From NCBI GenBank assembly GCA_050230475.1, contig JBFLGF010000183.1, forward strand, positions 58,508-78,507: a stretch of DNA of 20,000 bases, in the 5' to 3' direction. Each line of letters opens with the position of its first letter. Position 1 is the stretch's first letter. Both the position numbers and the translations under genes were made by a program. The DNA is from Ancylonema sp. Lineage: Eukaryota. The notes below the pieces were generated by a model. It saw nothing but the letters and a program-made list of their open reading frames with translations, searched no databases and was not told where the DNA came from. Below are positions 11,456 through 20,000 of the stretch, in pieces.

Positions 11456-11690
11456 TCACGAATTGGTATACCCTTCCACTCACTCCATGGTGGTAATAGT
11501 GATGTTTTGGCTTTGTCGATAGCATTGCGCAGATAGGAAGCACTGTGAATGCGCAAAGTATTGAGGCGGTTGGTTGCATGGTGTTCGTTAACTTGGTTCA
11601 GACATTTCGTTGCCATGTTCAATTGTGGTCGAGTGGCTCGACGAATATCTGTGTGTTTGGTAGAGGCGAGATAGACCATGGTATTGGTTT

Positions 11691-11880
11691 TGTAATATAT
11701 CGCCACAGGGCATTATAAATCACGTTATTTGCGAATAACAAACACATACGACTCGAACGTAATCGACACGCTGTGTCCGCAGTTTGCACCAGCCAGAGCT
11801 TGTTCAACAAGTGAATGAGTCGGAGGGGTTTGTTATTCGCAAATAACGTGATTTATATTGCCTTGTGGCGATATATTACA
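11691..11880 (+). repeat. 190-bp foldback with TG..CA ends (putative short palindromic LTR-B, or a MITE)
   Basis: Arms 11691-11743 and 11828-11880 are 53-bp inverted repeats with 2 mismatches around an 84-bp spacer. The element ends 1 nt before the PBS. Confidence 0.9.
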
Positions 11881-11881
11881 T

Positions 11882-11893
11882 TGGTATCAGAGC
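11882..11893 (+). other. Primer-binding site complementary to the initiator tRNA-Met 3' end
   Basis: TGGTATCAGAGC, the canonical plant iMet PBS, directly after ...TTACA-T. Confidence 0.9.
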
Positions 11894-11934
11894 AGGATTT
11901 AGATCCTGGCAGATTCTTCGGCATAGCACTGTGC

Positions 11935-12945
11935 ATGAGTTTCGAAGCAGCACTCGTAGCATTTATCAAAACATATCAAGAAATGTATTTGATTGTGCCA
12001 GCGATAAATGCGCCCCGCGGACAGACGACATCCGCCCCTCCAGTAGTTGAGACTCTGGCTGGATCCGCAATGCATTCGGCTATTCAGCAGGCTGCAGTCA
12101 CTTCGCCAAGGCAGTCTCCAATGCCTATGGTCAGCGGATCTCCGATGGGAGGTACTCCAAAGCGTCCGGTGCCTGTGATAGTTCGCCTATCCCTACACTC
12201 AAAGATCTGGTTCCATCTGATCCTCCTATATTTAATGATCCTCCTACATTTAATGGAACCTCCAAAGATGTGGCTACATTCTGCCACCGAGTCCGTTCTA
12301 TGCTCAGGCTGGCACCTAAGCGGTTCCACAATCATGTTCAGACTGTCCACTACGTGGCCACTCTACTAACTAGCCCTGCCTTCGACTGGTTCTCTAACTA
12401 CCTCGACACCAGCGGTGGCACAGTTGAACTGCTGAAGGATCTCCAAGATTGCTTCGGGGAAGGCGACACCCGACCCACCAAGGAACGACATCTGCGCGAA
12501 CTCAGACAAACCGGTTCAGTGTCAGACTTCACTGTCCAGTTCAGGGCTATTGTTAAGACATTCCCCCCCTGGCCTGACCACCCCAGCATCTATACCTTGT
12601 TCGAGAAGCTCAAACCTGAGCTCCGTCGAGAAATCCTCAAGGTGCAGAACCCCCATGAAACCTTTTCAGAGTATGTTACCTTTGTCAAAAAGGTGGAGAA
12701 CAGCATGGCTGCCAGCAGCCTGGACCGACCCTCCAAACCTGCATACATCCCCCCCCAAGCCAGAGCTGCAGATCAGTTCCCCCAGCCAGGTGCCCTCTCA
12801 CCTGCAGATCGTCCCTATGGACATCGATGGAACTCGCCGCCCAGATCCTGAAAGTGGAACCAACGGAAATGGCTCGCCGTGGGGCTGGCAACCTGTGCCA
12901 CTACTGTGGGCCTGCCAGGCCATGACACAGGACTTGTCCCAACAA
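11935..12945 (+). pseudogene. gag: gag (retrotransposon capsid plus CCHC zinc knuckle), frameshifted
   Basis: DPPTFNG..., YVATLLTSPAFDWF, LRELRQTGSVSDFTVQFR, FEKLKPELRREI, PMDID motif (~12815), and LCHYCG..GH....CP knuckle (~12892-12940) split across frames. The N-terminal start (ATG 11935) is uncertain. Confidence 0.85.
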
Positions 12946-13099
12946 GGGCAAGGGACGCACCGTGCGCTTCCTGGATCTGCAACACTCAGAGTCAAAAAAG
13001 GCGACCACCCCACACAGTCCTAGGAGGGGTCTGTGCGGGTCCCCTTTCCCTACCCTCCCCCCACCCCCGCCAGCTACTGCTGGCCCGCCAGCTACTCCG

Positions 13100-13450
13100 T
13101 TATCCCCTCCCCCCCATACCTGTCCGCGTGCTGATCGACTCTGGGGCGTCAGGAAACTTCATAGACCCCCAACTCTTGGCAGACAACAACCTACCCACCC
13201 ACCCCCATCCCCAGCCTATCCCGGTCGAGCTTATTGATGGCAGCCCCCCAGCTGCTGGCCCCATCACCTGCTACTTCTCAGCACACCTCCGATCCCCAGG
13301 CAATCACACAGAAACCATTACCTTGGACGTCACCCGACTGCCGCACTGCCCAGTCGTCCTAGGCTTCCCCTGGCAGCACAAACACAACCCCAACATAGAC
13401 TGGCACTCAGGCACCCTGTCCCTCACCAGCCCACACTGTGCTGCTCAGTG
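13100..13450 (+). pseudogene. Retrotransposon aspartic protease
   Basis: VRVLIDSGASGNFID (DSG at 13137-13145) and VVLGFPWQHKHNPNIDW. Confidence 0.92.
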
Positions 13451-13589
13451 CTTTCTCTCCAGTACTTCCCCCCCTCCCTCCCCCCCCCCTTCCTCCCCCC
13501 TTCCCCCTCCCTATGCCTAGCCCAAACCTGCAATTTTAAACGCTGTCCACCCCCCCCCAGACCCCGCCCTGTTAGCCTAGCTCCCTCCC

Positions 13590-14950
13590 GAGTACCACGA
13601 CTTCGCAGACGTGTTCTCCGAGAAGGCTGCAAACACCCTTCCCCCCCACAGGTCCTACGACTTAGAGATCCCCCTTGTGCCAGGCGAGGAACCCCCCTGG
13701 GGGGCGATATATTCCTTATCAAAGCCGGAGCTGGCCACTCTCAAAACGTACATCACAGACAATTTACAAAATGGCTTCATCCGGCCATCCACGAGCCCGG
13801 GTGGAGCACCTGTTATGTTCATCAAAAAACGTGATGGCAAACTAAGGTTGTGCGTGGACTACCGCAAGCTCAATGCACTCACGGTGAAAAATTGCTGCCC
13901 TTTACCCCTCATACCTGAGCTGCTGGACCGCCTCAACTCCGCCACGATCTTCATCAAGATCGATCTCCGCAGCGCTTATCACCAACTACGCGTTAAAGAG
14001 GGGGATGAGTACAAGACTGCATTCCGTTGTCGCTACGGCCACTACGAGTACCAAGTCTGCCCTTTCGGGCCTACCAATGCTCCGGCAGCATTTCAGTCGT
14101 TCATTAACGACGTGTTTCGCGAGCCTCTAGACGTCTTCCTAGCAAACCTCCTCGACGACATGATCATCTACTCCCCATCCCTTGCCGAACATGTCCCCCA
14201 CGTCCGTGCTATCCTGGCAATCCTACGCGAGAACCACCTCTACGCTAAGATCGAGAAGTGTCAGTTTAACACAGAAACTATTGCCTTTCTCGGCTACCAG
14301 GTATCCCCAGCCGGCGTGGGTATGGACCCCGAGAAATGGCATCTCTCCTTGATTGGCCTAAGCCCCAGTCAGTCAAGGAGGTCCAGTCCTTTCTCGGTTT
14401 CGCTAACTTCTACACGCGTTTCATTAATGGGTATTCTACGATGGCATGCCCCCTTACCTCATTGACACGGAAGGGGGCAACATTTTGCTGGACAAGTGAG
14501 GCGGACGAGGCTTTCCACTCCCTCAAGCTGGCCTTCACCTCAGCTCTAGTCCTGCAACACTTCCAACCCCTGCAGCCACTCACCATCGAAGCAGACGCCT
14601 CACACTTCGGCCTGGGCTGCGTCTTGTCGCAGCCAGATCCCGGAGGCGAGCGCCACCCCGTCGCATACTATTCCCGGAAGTTCAATCCAGCCGAACTCAA
14701 CTATCTTATCTACGACAAAGAGCTGCCCGCCATCGTGGCTGCCTTTCGCCAGTGGCGAGTCTACCTGGAAGGCGCGGCCCACCCTATCGTGATCTACACC
14801 GACCATAAGAACCTGGAGTATTTCCAGGCCGCCCGCACTACATCCCGAAGGCACGCGCGGTGGGCCGAGACGCTGGCAGCCTACGACTTCACTATAGTGT
14901 ACAGGAAGGGGTTCAGCAATGGCAAGCCGGTCGCCCTTTCCCGCAGATCT
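13590..14950 (+). pseudogene. pol: Reverse transcriptase plus RNase H (Gypsy pol), frameshift near 14335
   Basis: GFIRPSTSPGGAPVMFIKKRDGKLRLCVDYRKLN, KIDLRSAYHQLRV, KTAF...PFGPTNAPAAFQ, LLDD, EVQSFLGFANFY, EADASHFGLGCVLSQ, NYLIYDKEL, YTDHKNLEYF. Confidence 0.95.
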
Positions 14951-15169
14951 GACTATCTGCTGCCAACCACATCCCCCCACCCAGTTCTTCCCCCACCAGT
15001 TCCCCCGGTGCGTGCGGCAGCTATCCTCCTAGCACCTAACGACCCCATCCTACAGGACGTGCACGTTGCTAAGCTAGCGGACCCTACCCTACACGCTATC
15101 GATACGTCCGTACAACCCGGACCCGCTCGGGAATCCAACCCGAGTCGCACTGCAGGCGAGTCCCAAATC

Positions 15170-16290
15170 CCCTACACCCTACGAGACGGCCTTCTGTACC
15201 ATAGCAGCCGCCTCGCTATTCCCCCTACCGCTGCAGCCCTTATCCTCTCTATCCTTATCCTGACACAATACCACGACGCACCTATGGCAGGCCACTTCGG
15301 CACTGCCCGCGCGCTGGTGGCGCAGTACTTCCACTGGCCTGGCCTCTCGAAGGCAGTGGAGGAGTACGTGCGCACGTGCGACATCTGCGCCCGGAACAAG
15401 CCGGTGCGCCATGCGCCCTACGGATTGCTCTCTCCCCTACCAATCCCTACCCAGCCTTGGACCAGTGTTTCACTCGACTAGATAACCGACTTACCCCTTA
15501 GCGACTACCACGACAAAATCCTGGTGGTCGTCGACCGGCTCACCAAACAGGCCCACTTCATCCCTACAACCAAGGCCATGGCGGCTCTTGAGGTCGCAGC
15601 GATTTTCGTGCAGCAGGTCGTGCGCCTGCATGGGTTGCCCAGCAACCTCATCAGCGACCGCGATCCCATCTTCACCGGCTACTTTTGGCGCCGGATGTTG
15701 GAGCTGCTCGGCGTCCGGGCCAACCGCTCCTCTGCTTTTCACCCGCAGACGGACGGGCGGACGGAGCGCTTGAATTCGGTTCTCGAGCAATATCTGCGAA
15801 TCTACACCGATTACCAGCAATCCGATTGGTCTAAACTTTTGCCGCTGGCGGAGTTCGCTTACAACAACTCCACGCACTCCGCCAACACCCTTATCCCCGT
15901 TCTTTGCCAACCACGGCTTCCACCCGCAGATGTCGCTGCTCCCACCCTCCCCCAATTTCCCCAACCCCGCAGCCGACGATTATGTCAAAACGATCCACGA
16001 CACCCAAGATTTCCTCCAGTCAGCGCTACGCAAATCCCAGTGGAAACTTCGGCCAATCGGAAGCGCAGATCGGCAACCAGCCCCGATATTTTCGCCTGGT
16101 CAAAAAGTATGGCTGTCCCGGCGCCACGTCGGATCCACTCGTCCTTCCTCAAAACTGGATGTCCGTCGCCTGGGTCCTTTTTTGGTGATTGGCCAGATCG
16201 GCACCTCGTCGTATCGCTTGGAGCTACCGTCCTCCTTGAAAACCCACCCGGTCTTCCACGTCAGCCTCCTCGAGCCGTACCATACCAACA
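15170..16290 (+). pseudogene. Integrase (HHCC, DDE core, GPF/SH3-like), with stop at 15479-15481 and frameshift near 15900
   Basis: YHDAPMAGHFG...CDIC, WTSVSLD*ITDLP, VVDRLTKQAHF, ISDRDPIF, HPQTDGRTER, LPLAEFAYNNS, KLDVRRLGPFLV, HPVFHVSLLEPY. Confidence 0.95.
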
Positions 16291-16344
16291 CATTCCTAGG
16301 TCGTGTCGTGGCGCCTCCACCTCCGGTCGTGGTGGACGGCGCGC

Positions 16345-16500
16345 CACAACATGAGGTGGCCACAGTTCTAGATTCCAAGATCGTGCGAGGCCAGCTCTTT
16401 TACCTCGTCGACTGGGTCGGGTACGATGAATCGGAGCGTTCGTGGGAAACCTGCCGACAACATGGAAAAATGCTTGCTGACGCGGTCGCAGATTTTCCAT
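16345..16500 (+). pseudogene. Integrase C-terminal chromodomain
   Basis: HEVATVLDSKIVRGQLFYLVDWVGYDESERSWE. Confidence 0.9.
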
Positions 16501-16558
16501 GCCACGTTTCCCGCTCGCGGCCTTCACCGCCTCCCTCATCGCGTTCTCCGCGCGCCTT

Positions 16559-16568
16559 GAGGGGGGGG
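16559..16568 (+). other. Polypurine tract
   Basis: GAGGGGGGGG lies 3 nt before the 3' LTR start. Confidence 0.85.
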
Positions 16569-16571
16569 TAC

Positions 16572-17023
16572 TATTAGGACCCTCGCTACAGTCACTAGGG
16601 CCTCCTTAGCGAGGTCTCCACACTTATTAGCGCTAGAGCGCTACTAGCTCAATTTTCCCTATAGCGAGTTCTGTCCTTATAGAGTGGGAGTTGTGTCCCT
16701 AGCGGCCGCCTGGCCCCTGATGTGTCCTTAGCTAAGGCAGTTGTGTCCTTAGCTCCCGCAGTTGTGCCGTTAGCCAGACTTGATGTGTCCTTAGCACATT
16801 CAGAGTGAGTTATCCCACTTGGAGTCGTGATTCAGACTTGAGCCAGTATAGTCGATAGGAATGCCTTTAGAGCATTCCTATCAACTCATGTACTTGCACA
16901 TTATTATCACCACCATTTCCCATCGGCTCATACCATCTCATTCATTCGACCTTTCGCCATCTTTCCGCTTGGTGCATATCGCAACTTGCTCGCTAGAGAC
17001 GCCTTTTGCATCCGTCCCTAATA
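16572..17023 (+). repeat. LTR-A, 3' copy
   Basis: Follows the PPT. TATTAGG...CCTAATA inverted ends. Homologous to 10443-10832. Internal ~20-bp repeats (TGTGTCCTTAGC) at ~16690-16796. Confidence 0.9.
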
Positions 17024-17486
17024 GTAGAGGAAGGCAGTCGTGACGTCCATCTGCTGCATCACGAGCCCCTTGGAAGCTGCATAGGCGAAGAGCAAACGCA
17101 GCCTCTCATGGCGCACCACTGGCGCAAAGGTCTCGTCATAGTCAATCCCCTCGCGCTAGGAATAGCCCTTGGCCACCACTCGCCCCTTGTACCTATTCGC
17201 CTCTCCGTCAGACTACACGTTCACCCGTAGCATCCAGCGCACTCCAATGACCTTCTTGTGCTTGGGGCGATCCATTATGCGGTAGACCTTGTTGTCAACA
17301 AGACTCTGCAGCTCCTCAGCACAGGCCTCACGCGAGGCCTTGCCATCAGCACCACGGACAGCGTCACGGTAGGTAGCTGGAGCATCAAGAGTGGTGGTCG
17401 TGGCAAAAGTCAGCAGAACATCGGCAAATGACCGCCGAGGAGGGACACCGAGCTCCTCAATGGAGAGTGAGGAGACATAGATCTCC
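17024..17486 (-). pseudogene. Ty1/Copia reverse transcriptase N-terminal fragment
   Basis: Reverse-strand translation: DAPATYRDAV...EELQSLVDNKVY...KKVIGVRWML...RYKGRVVAKGYS*REGIDYDETFAPVVRHE...MQQMDVTTAFLY. Contains stops and a frameshift, so it is absent from the ORF track. Confidence 0.92.
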
Positions 17487-17550
17487 TCTTTCCGCTTGGT
17501 GCATATCGCAACTTACTTGCTAGGGACGCCTTTTGCATCCGTCCCTAATA
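17487..17550 (+). repeat. 64-bp duplicate of the LTR-A 3' tip
   Basis: Matches 16960-17023 with 3 transitions and ends GTCCCTAATA. Confidence 0.92.
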
Positions 17551-17608
17551 CTCAACACACCATTCAGAACCGTAAAAAAATACGTGTCTGCAATACTATC
17601 GTACATTC

Positions 17609-17712
17609 GATGCGTACCCACCACTAATATATTTAGTGTTACATTACATTTTAAGAAAGGGATGCGTACCCACCACTAATATATATAGTGTTACATTACA
17701 TTATAAGAAAGG
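17609..17712. repeat. Tandem duplication 2 x 52 bp
   Basis: GATGCGTACCCACCACTAATATAT(T/A)TAGTGTTACATTACATT(T/A)TAAGAAAGG at 17609 and 17661, 2 mismatches. Confidence 0.95.
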
Positions 17713-17742
17713 CCACGAAATAAATTCGGTTATTTTTTTCAA

Positions 17743-17938
17743 TCGCCGTCCAACCGGTCCAACCGTTGTCCAACCGTGGTGGTTGGGCGATCGGGTGGCG
17801 GTTGGGTAGCAATCTAACGGTAGGGTAGGGGCTGGGCGGTTGGATGGCGGTTCGACAGTTGGGTAGCGGTTGGAACGGTTGGACGGCGGTTGGAGGCGGG
17901 TGGCGGTTGGCCGATTCTGGCAATTGGGGCCCACCTTG
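17743..17938. mobile_element. hAT-like terminal fragment (CCAACCG/CGGTTGG repeats)
   Basis: CCAACCG x3 then many GGCGGTTGG. Ends GGGCCCACCTTG (reverse complement CAAGGTGGGCCC). Same architecture as 7725-7984. Confidence 0.5.
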
Positions 17939-18715
17939 AATCACGAAACAAAAGATAGTTGAACTATCGGCGAGAGCAGAGCGTAGTGAGCGCATGAGCG
18001 CAGGATCATGCGCTCATGAGCGCATGACCCAGGCATCCCCAAAATCAGCCATGAGCGCAACTCATGAGCGTACCGTACTGGGCATTCTTATTATAAGCCT
18101 TATGCAATCGTTTGTGGCGATAAAAAGGGAGTATGAAGCTTGTATCAATTGCTTTGTCTTTACAATAATCTAACGCATGCACATGCGTTTCATTGAGAAA
18201 CCAAGAATCCACCGCTATCTTATTTTATTTCCCCTATCTACCCATTCAAGATATACCGATTGCCACCATGTTTGCATAACTCGGGGGATGACTTTATAAT
18301 TTGATGGGCAAGATCAACGAGTACATTGACTTTGTGCAATGTACATACAAGTTTGATCATTGAAACTCACGGATGTAACTAACTATTCATGCGGGTTTGC
18401 TATGCGTTGCACATGACATTGATTGCATCTCCAAGGAATCCATTCGCATACATCGATGATAGCTAAGATGAATATCATGGAATTTTATGAAGATGAAGTA
18501 CGTACATTCCCCAATGGTGCATTCATTCACATCGTTTATGAAGGAAGTACATTTTGTGTTGTATTCGGGAAACTAACCAAACATGTACCCATCTTGTACC
18601 CATCATGTACTCCACCTTGTGCACGGATTGTGTGTACAGGAGGACATTTGCTAGCGGATGCGCAAAGCGTCCGGGTACTACTATAGACCGGGTATTGTTT
18701 GGACCTTACTTGTCT

Positions 18716-18910
18716 CATAGTTGGCTCCGCAAATTCCGACCCGCTTTCCACCCTGGGCGGACCCGCCCCGGGCGGCGCCCTGGGCGGACAATGCTTCGCC
18801 CGGGGCGGAGCCATGGAGATTTTTTAGGTTTTCTATAAAAGGATCCCAAGACCACGTAGATTATGTACATTAGTAAAAATAAAATCCGATAGGTATTCGA
18901 GTTTTGAAGT
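18716..18910. mobile_element. Left end of a second copy of the 8467-9269 element family
   Basis: CATAGTTGGCTCCGC terminus, and ATCCCAAGACCACGTAGAT...AAATCCGA..GTATTCGAGTT shared with 8588-8651. A further homologous block lies at 19808-19947. Confidence 0.7.
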
Positions 18911-19139
18911 ACACCTACCATCTTCATCCATGTTAAAATATTTGGTACATTCCATTATCACTTCCCTCCCCCCTTTTTCTCGCAGTATGCAACGCCACGT
19001 CACGAAGTCGGACTTATTTCCCCAGCCATACTTCCCCGAGTACCCGGCGACGCGGGCGCGTCCGTTTGTGGACGTGTTCCAAACGCTTCCGCAAAAAGCT
19101 ATGACCACTACTTAATTCTGACAAAGTTTTTTCATTACT

Positions 19140-19286
19140 TACACTCAAACCTCGATGTAAGAAACGTAACAAACGTTTCTTATATACATCACATTTTGAG
19201 TGATAAAGCGCATAGGAAAATTGGAAAATGGTTTCGTATAGCGAAGAGTTTCTTATAATGAAGATTCTTATATCGCGGTATACTCG
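19140..19286. mobile_element. pogo-like MITE (~145 bp)
   Basis: Left end TA-CACTCAAACCTCGATGTAAGAAAC versus the reverse complement of the right end CGAGTATACCGCGATATAAGAATC. AAGAAAC/GTTTCTT internal repeats. Confidence 0.55.
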
Positions 19287-19402
19287 CGGGTACGCGGGTG
19301 GATGGCAGGCTGGGCGGGTGGATGGCGGGTGGATGGGCCGGGTGCCTTCGACCCGCCAGATTGGCAACTGGTGGGGGGTCGGCGAGCGCAGTGGCAACCC
19401 TA
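19287..19402. mobile_element. hAT-like terminal fragment (GGCGGGTGGAT repeats)
   Basis: GCGGGTGGATGG x3, ending in GTGGCAACCCTA (reverse complement TAGGGTTGCCAC). Confidence 0.45.
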
Positions 19403-20000
19403 AGCTCTCAGCGATCCGAGCTAAATGAGCGCAAGATCACGCTCATGAGCGTATTAGAGCGCAAAATGAGCGCATGAGCGCATGAGCGTATTAGAGCGCA
19501 TAATGAACGCATGAGCGCATGAGCGTATTAGAGCGCATGATGAGCGCTTGAGCGCATGAACGCAAAATGAGCGCATAAAATATGGTAACCGGGCATAATA
19601 TCCGTTTATTGTTGCTGAATAATGCGGTCATTCGCTCATGAGCGCATGATCCTGCGCTCATGCTCTCGCCGATCCCCTCTCTCGCCCATGATCTCGTACA
19701 TAGATATACCCGCCCGCGGGCGGGGATTTTCCCGCCCGCAGGTGGTACCGCCCGCGGGCGCTGCCCGGCCGCCCGTTCCGGGCGCGCTCAATTTCGGAAT
19801 TTCAAGAAAGCAAGTTCAAAATAACATAGCTTCTAGACGTTTTATGATATTCTTAAAAAAAAAAAAAAAAATGTAGATGAAACTACGTAGTTGATATTAG
19901 CACTTTTTTTTTTTTTTAAATTCCAATCAATATGGAGTTTTAAAAAATGAATACATCAGAACCCTAAAAAAGCTCTATATACCCGCACGCCACGTGGACA

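Larger units (their letters stand above)
10443..17023 (+). mobile_element. Ty3/Gypsy chromovirus LTR retrotransposon (Tcn1-like), degenerate and possibly chimeric
   Basis: Related LTRs at both ends, PBS, PPT, and domain order gag-PR-RT-RH-INT-chromodomain. Several frameshifts and stops. No clear 4-6 bp TSD. Confidence 0.9.
17966..19673. mobile_element. TIR element with ATGAGCGC subterminal arrays, containing nested remnants
   Basis: ATCGGCGAGAGCA (17966) is inverted to TGCTCTCGCCGAT (19661-19673). GCATGAGCGCAGGATCATGCGCTCATGAGCG is also inverted at both ends. Dense ATGAGCGC array at 19425-19576. Confidence 0.65.

Noticed and set aside
14600..15964. Long antisense ORFs over pol
   Set aside because: Shadow frames of GC-rich pol coding sequence with no independent motifs.
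10438..17555. Target-site duplication around the retrotransposon
   Set aside because: Left flank GCCTC versus right flanks GTAGA (17024) or CTCAA (17551). Only a 3-bp CTC match, shorter than expected and plausible by chance.
17609..19580. CRISPR-like arrays (52-bp pair, ATGAGCGC repeats)
   Set aside because: No regularly spaced unique spacers, no cas genes, and eukaryotic TE context.

Overview
Eukaryotic, repeat-rich window, most likely from a non-seed land plant or streptophyte (inferred from a Tcn1-like chromovirus, an mTERF gene and an algal-type retroelement DNMT). No intact gene is evident. The main feature is a degenerate Ty3/Gypsy chromovirus on the + strand (about 10443-17023) with gag, protease, RT, RNase H, integrase and chromodomain. 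Its 5' end is unusual. The LTR homologous to the 3' LTR (10443-~10832) is joined directly to an antisense C5 DNA cytosine methyltransferase fragment (10829-11455, motifs I, II, IV, VI, VIII). That is followed by an unrelated 190-bp TG..CA foldback with 53-bp inverted arms (11691-11880), and it is this foldback that abuts the tRNA-iMet PBS. The 3' LTR is followed by an antisense Ty1/Copia RT fragment and a 64-bp copy of the LTR tip. Elsewhere there is an intronless, disrupted mTERF gene (-, 5518-7229), a ~250-bp tandem duplication, and many nested non-autonomous DNA-transposon (MITE-like) remnants. No rRNA, tRNA or CRISPR array was found.
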